A stretch of 32,000 bases of DNA from Bacillus subtilis subsp. subtilis str. 168 (GTDB taxonomy: Bacteria > Bacillota > Bacilli > Bacillales > Bacillaceae), in the NCBI RefSeq assembly GCF_000009045.1, contig NC_000964.3:3690001-3722000 (forward strand). Reading direction: 5' to 3'. Below are positions 27,999 through 32,000 of the stretch, piece after piece (position 1 is the stretch's first letter; each line of letters begins with the position of its first letter). Below the pieces are notes generated by a model that did not search any database, had not been told where the DNA came from, and saw only the letters and a program-made list of their open reading frames with translations. A program made the position numbers and the translations under genes.

Positions 27999-28616
27999 AT
28001 GTACATATTTCAAGCTGATCAGCTTAGTGCCAAAGACACATACAAGCTATTGTCAGGTACCGTTATTCCCCGCCCCATTGCATTTGTGACAACACTTTCT
28101 TCAGGAGGAGCGGTAAATGCCGCGCCTTTCAGTTTTTATAACGTCGTCAGCTCAGATCCTCCGCTTCTCAGTATTTCTGTTAACAGGACGGAAGGACGCC
28201 AAAAAGATACAGCACGAAACGCAGTGGAGAACGGAGAATTTGTCGTTCATGTCAGTGATGAAGCCATCATTGAAGATATCAATGAAACAGCTGCAAGCTT
28301 AAGGCCGGATGAAAGCGAGCTTACACGCACCTCGCTTCATCCTGTTGAAAGCAAAGCTGTTTCAGTTCCCGGCATTAAGGAAGCCCGCGTTCGCTTTGAG
28401 TGCAAATTAGAGCGGCATATTACCTTTGACAATGATCAAGGCATCACTACAGCAGATCTGCTCATCGGAAGAGTTGTCTGCTTCCACCTAGATGAAAAGG
28501 TGTATGATGCAGAAAAGGGATATATTTTAACGGATGAATTAAAGCCTGCCTCACGATTGGCGGGAAATCACTATGCCAAGCTGGGGGAAGAATTCACACT
28601 GATTCGTCCCAGCTGA
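27999..28616 (+). CDS. ywrF: Flavin reductase-like (FMN-binding split barrel) protein YwrF
   Basis: 205 aa from ATG 27999 (VIPRPIAFVTTLSSGGAVNAAPFSFYNVVSSDPPLLSIS). Confidence 0.88.
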   Translation: MYIFQADQLSAKDTYKLLSGTVIPRPIAFVTTLSSGGAVNAAPFSFYNVVSSDPPLLSISVNRTEGRQKDTARNAVENGEFVVHVSDEAIIEDINETAASLRPDESELTRTSLHPVESKAVSVPGIKEARVRFECKLERHITFDNDQGITTADLLIGRVVCFHLDEKVYDAEKGYILTDELKPASRLAGNHYAKLGEEFTLIRPS

Positions 28617-28703
28617 AGAGAAGGACTATTTAAATAGAAGAAACTAGTCAAAAAGACCTTATGATTACAAAATATCGCCTGTAAATAACTGAAAAAATAT
28701 CAA

Positions 28704-28742
28704 AAAAAAGAACACCCAGAGCAAGCTCGGGGTGTTCTTTTA
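28704..28742. terminator. Intrinsic terminator between ywrF and ywrE
   Basis: AAAAAGAACACCC-loop-GGGTGTTCTTTT hairpin. Confidence 0.8.
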
Positions 28743-28793
28743 TGAAACGTTTTTCCTTTTTCTTCGTATAAAGGTAGATTAGGAGGAATTGGA

Positions 28794-29129
28794 ATGACAA
28801 ACTTTTGGATTTTAATGCTGATCGCTATTACCATCAGTCTCGCCTCTCAATTTTTTATAAAGAAAAAATACGGTATTGATAAATCCGGCTGGCGATATAA
28901 GCATGTCAGCAATACACACAAATGGATCGAAATCACTTTACTTATTTTGTTTGTGTTTTCACTCTCCTTTTTTCCAGTTGAATATTTGCTTCTTTTATTT
29001 TTTATTGTGATTGACTCAATACGTATTTTTATGGAGTGGCATTATAGACCTGAAGATAAACAGTATATGTACCACATTGTAGAGGTCTCCCTTATGTTTA
29101 TGCTTTTGATTTATGTTTGTACCCTATAG
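28794..29129 (+). CDS. ywrE: Small membrane protein YwrE, unknown function
   Basis: 111 aa with good upstream RBS (AGGAGG), three hydrophobic segments; convergent with ywrD. Confidence 0.8.
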   Translation: MTNFWILMLIAITISLASQFFIKKKYGIDKSGWRYKHVSNTHKWIEITLLILFVFSLSFFPVEYLLLLFFIVIDSIRIFMEWHYRPEDKQYMYHIVEVSLMFMLLIYVCTL

Positions 29130-29133
29130 TTAT

Positions 29134-30711
29134 TTAAATCCCCACAGCCGCTCCGTCTCCCCGAGGATCGGCTCCGCCTTGGAGAAAGCCTTCTTCATCA
29201 ACTTTGATTGCAGCCGCTTGTCCCATCAGCGGATCATAGTCACCGACAACCTCCACGAGATGCCCGCTGTCTTTCAGTTTTTGGATTGTTTTGTCTGTGA
29301 ATCTGCCCTCGACTCTGAGACCTTCGTATTCCTCTCCCCACGTTCTGCCCCATACCCAGCGCGGTTCGCTGATTGCCTGCTGTGGATGCATTCCGTAGTC
29401 CAGCATTCGGGTAATGATGGCCGTCTGGGTCTGCGGCTGGCCTTCGCCGCCTTGTGTGCCGTACAGAATTTTTGGCTTTCCGCCTTTACAGACCATAGCC
29501 GGCATCAACGTATGGAAGGTGCGCTTTCTCGGTTCAAGCGTGTTGACATGATTTTCATCCAGTGAGAAAAACGATCCGCGGTTTTGCAGTAATATGCCTG
29601 TATCACCGGCAGTGACTGCCGAGCCAAATTCAAAGTACAGGCTTTGAATGAATGACACTGCGTTGCCATCCGCATCGATTACGGCCGCATATGCCGTATC
29701 ACTTCCCACCGGCCTGCTTTCTGCCGGTATTGCGAGATAGCCGATTTCTTCTGCCAATTGTTTTGCATAACGTTTGTCCAAAAGCCTTTCAAGCGGAATG
29801 TCTGCAAACGCCGGATCAGTCAGGACGGCATCCCGATCTAGAAAACTCTTTTTCAATGCCTCCACAAGCACGTGATAATACTCAAATGAACCGTGTTCGA
29901 TTTGGGTGAAATCATAGTTTTCCAAAATGTTCAGTGTTAATAAACCGGTAAATCCCTGAGAATTCGGCGGCGCCTGATACACACTGTATCCTCGATAATC
30001 ACTTGATACAGGCGCTGCCCACTCACCCCGATGCGCTTTAAAATCATCGATTGTCATGTAACTGCCGTTATTCTGTAAATGTGAGACAATCCGCTGAGCG
30101 AGATCTCCTTCATAAAATGCGCTTCTTCCTTTTTCAGCAATCAAGTTCAGACTGTCTGCAAGCTCTTTTTGCACAAACCGCTCTCCCGGGACAGGTGCTT
30201 TGCCCCTTCTCGTGAAGATGTCAGCCGTGTAAGGCGTGGAAGCCAGCAGTTCAATATTCTTTTCTGTGTGACGACACTGATCAGCTGATACAGGAAACCC
30301 ATTTTGGGCATAATCGCGTGCGGGCTCCAATACATCTGCAAGAGACAGACGCCCGTACTCCTTCAGGACCGCATCCCAGCTATCAACCATTCCCGGCACG
30401 GTAATAGCACTGTCAATTCCCCGCAGCGGAATCGCGCTTTTTCCCTTATATACATCTCTCGTTACGTTTTTTCCTGAACGGCCGCTGCCATTGTAGACTT
30501 TTACTGCCTTTGTTTCCTGGTGAAAGGTCAGCCAAAAGGAATCCCCGCCAAGTCCGGTCATATGCGGGTACACAACCGCAAGACAAGCACTCACCGCAAC
30601 AGCGGCGTCAAACGCGTTGCCTCCCTTATCCAGTATGCGGTTTCCGGCTTGAGAAGCGAGATAATGCGGACTGACGACCATTTGCTTTGTACCGATGACA
30701 GATTTGTTCAT
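29134..30711 (-). CDS. ywrD: Gamma-glutamyltransferase family protein YwrD
   Basis: 525 aa; GGT-family motifs (GNAFDAAVAVSACLAVVYPHMTGLGGDSF; SDTAYAAVIDADGNAVSFIQSLYF). Confidence 0.9.
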   Translation of the reverse strand: MNKSVIGTKQMVVSPHYLASQAGNRILDKGGNAFDAAVAVSACLAVVYPHMTGLGGDSFWLTFHQETKAVKVYNGSGRSGKNVTRDVYKGKSAIPLRGIDSAITVPGMVDSWDAVLKEYGRLSLADVLEPARDYAQNGFPVSADQCRHTEKNIELLASTPYTADIFTRRGKAPVPGERFVQKELADSLNLIAEKGRSAFYEGDLAQRIVSHLQNNGSYMTIDDFKAHRGEWAAPVSSDYRGYSVYQAPPNSQGFTGLLTLNILENYDFTQIEHGSFEYYHVLVEALKKSFLDRDAVLTDPAFADIPLERLLDKRYAKQLAEEIGYLAIPAESRPVGSDTAYAAVIDADGNAVSFIQSLYFEFGSAVTAGDTGILLQNRGSFFSLDENHVNTLEPRKRTFHTLMPAMVCKGGKPKILYGTQGGEGQPQTQTAIITRMLDYGMHPQQAISEPRWVWGRTWGEEYEGLRVEGRFTDKTIQKLKDSGHLVEVVGDYDPLMGQAAAIKVDEEGFLQGGADPRGDGAAVGI

Positions 30712-30924
30712 CACAAGTCCCCTTTTTTAAGAAATTTTCTTCAGTATAGGGAGCCTGATTTTTCACATCTACTGATCCGGCAGAAAAACTGACGAACTTT
30801 CTTCTTTTCGCAAATAATAAGATATTTTCGCATTCATTTCGAAAACAAATGAAAAATTATTATTTCTATACGTAACTTTTATGATAAAATGATTGCTAAA
30901 AGGCTACGAAAGCAGGTGGAGCAA

Positions 30925-31401
30925 TTGAGTCATGAATATCAAATCCCCAACCTTGTACTTGATGAGACTGATAAACAAATTCTCACGATTTTGCATGAAG
31001 AAGGCAGAATTTCTTATACGGATCTTGGCAAAAGAGTCGATTTGTCACGGGTCGCCGTTCAGGCCCGTATCAACCAATTAATTGAAGCCGGTGTTATTGA
31101 AAAATTCACCGCTGTCATCAATCCCGCTAAAATCGGCATCCATGTTTCCGTGTTTTTCAATGTCGAGGTAGAACCGCAATTTTTAGAAGAGGTCGCTCTT
31201 AAGCTTGAGGAAGAGCCTGCGGTCACCAGCCTTTATCACATGACAGGCCCGAGCAAGCTGCATATGCATGGGATCTTTACCAACGATCAAGAAATGGAAG
31301 AATTCTTAACAAAACGGCTGTATCCATTGCGAGGCGTCGTCAGTGTTGATTGCCAGATGCTGATCAAACGATACAAAAGCCGTATGGGAATGAAGCTGTA
31401 A
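30925..31401 (+). CDS. ywrC: Lrp/AsnC-family transcriptional regulator YwrC
   Basis: 158 aa from TTG 30925 behind AGGTGGAG (track uses ATG 30889); [44 protein letters not shown]. Confidence 0.85.
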
Positions 31402-31414
31402 AGGAGAGAAACAA

Positions 31415-32000
31415 ATGAAAAACCATCCTTATCGGGATATGACGGCCGCAATGGTTCGCACCGGCATATTAGGGTTCGGCGGCGGACCTTCCGTGATTCC
31501 GCTGATCCGCCATGAAGCGGTCAATAAATATAAATGGATTGACGATGATGAATTCGGAGAAATATTAGCAATCGCTAATGCGCTTCCCGGACCGATTGCC
31601 ACCAAAATGGCTGCTTATCTGGGCTTTAAGCTAAAAGGCACATTAGGTGCAATTGTGGCGATCCTCGCCCACATTCTGCCTACATGTCTTGCGATGGTGG
31701 GCTTGTTTGCGGCTGTAAATGTGTTAAGCCATTCAGCAATTGTTGCAGGTATGATTGGTGCCGTCACGCCGGTAATTGCGGTCATGCTCGGAATCATGGC
31801 GTACGAGTTTGGCCAAAAAGCGCTTAAAGGTTTCGGCTGGGTTACCGGCATCCTGTTTTTTATCATCGCTTTTATCGGCCTGCAAACTTTACAGATTAAT
31901 CCCGGCCTGGTCATTATCATTTTCTTAGCTTACGGGGCGTTTCATTTTAAACTGAAAGACAAAATCACAAATAAACATTCAAAAGATAAAGGAATGTCAG
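31415..32000 (+). CDS. ywrB: Chromate transporter family protein YwrB, truncated by window edge
   Basis: ATG 31415 with AAGGAGAG RBS; MKNHPYRDMTAAMVRTGILGFGGGPSVIPLIRHEAV... NALPGPIATKMAAYLG, ChrA-domain signature; open to the end of the window. Confidence 0.88.
   Translation, partial: MKNHPYRDMTAAMVRTGILGFGGGPSVIPLIRHEAVNKYKWIDDDEFGEILAIANALPGPIATKMAAYLGFKLKGTLGAIVAILAHILPTCLAMVGLFAAVNVLSHSAIVAGMIGAVTPVIAVMLGIMAYEFGQKALKGFGWVTGILFFIIAFIGLQTLQINPGLVIIIFLAYGAFHFKLKDKITNKHSKDKGMS

Noticed and set aside
29113-29909. Plus-strand ORFs of 150 and 85 aa opposite ywrD
   Set aside because: Fully antisense to a convincing GGT-family gene, no RBS or family features; typical shadow ORFs.
1-32000. Possible mobile element, prophage, toxin-antitoxin or defence island
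   Set aside because: No transposase, integrase, nuclease or toxin-like protein seen; gene order matches a conserved chromosomal backbone and most genes have recognised roles.

Overview
This window looks like an ordinary Bacillus subtilis-type chromosomal segment. I recognised the genes from protein sequence and conserved gene order; no database search was run. Order: 3' end of gerBA, gerBB, gerBC; ywtG(-); ywtF/tagT; ywtE; pgdS(-); the poly-gamma-glutamate operon pgsBCAE(-), including the 55-aa pgsE that the ORF track misses; the ribose operon rbsRKDACB; ywsB; ywsA; ywrO(-); alsSD(-) with divergent alsR; ywrK; ywrJ(-); the spore-coat cluster cotB(-), cotH(-), cotG(+); ywrF; ywrE; ywrD(-); ywrC; and partial ywrB. 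I saw no mobile element, rRNA/tRNA, CRISPR array or phage module, and no clearly undescribed multi-gene system. The most notable items are: the CotH kinase beside two Ser/Lys/Arg-repeat coat proteins, with cotG open in other frames; PgdS with three NlpC/P60 units of which only the middle one keeps the canonical Cys; a roughly 780-bp pgsB-rbsR intergenic region with inverted repeats and an 11-codon micro-ORF behind a perfect Shine-Dalgarno; a possible ATT start for ywrK; and matching threefold internal repeats in YwrJ and CotB.
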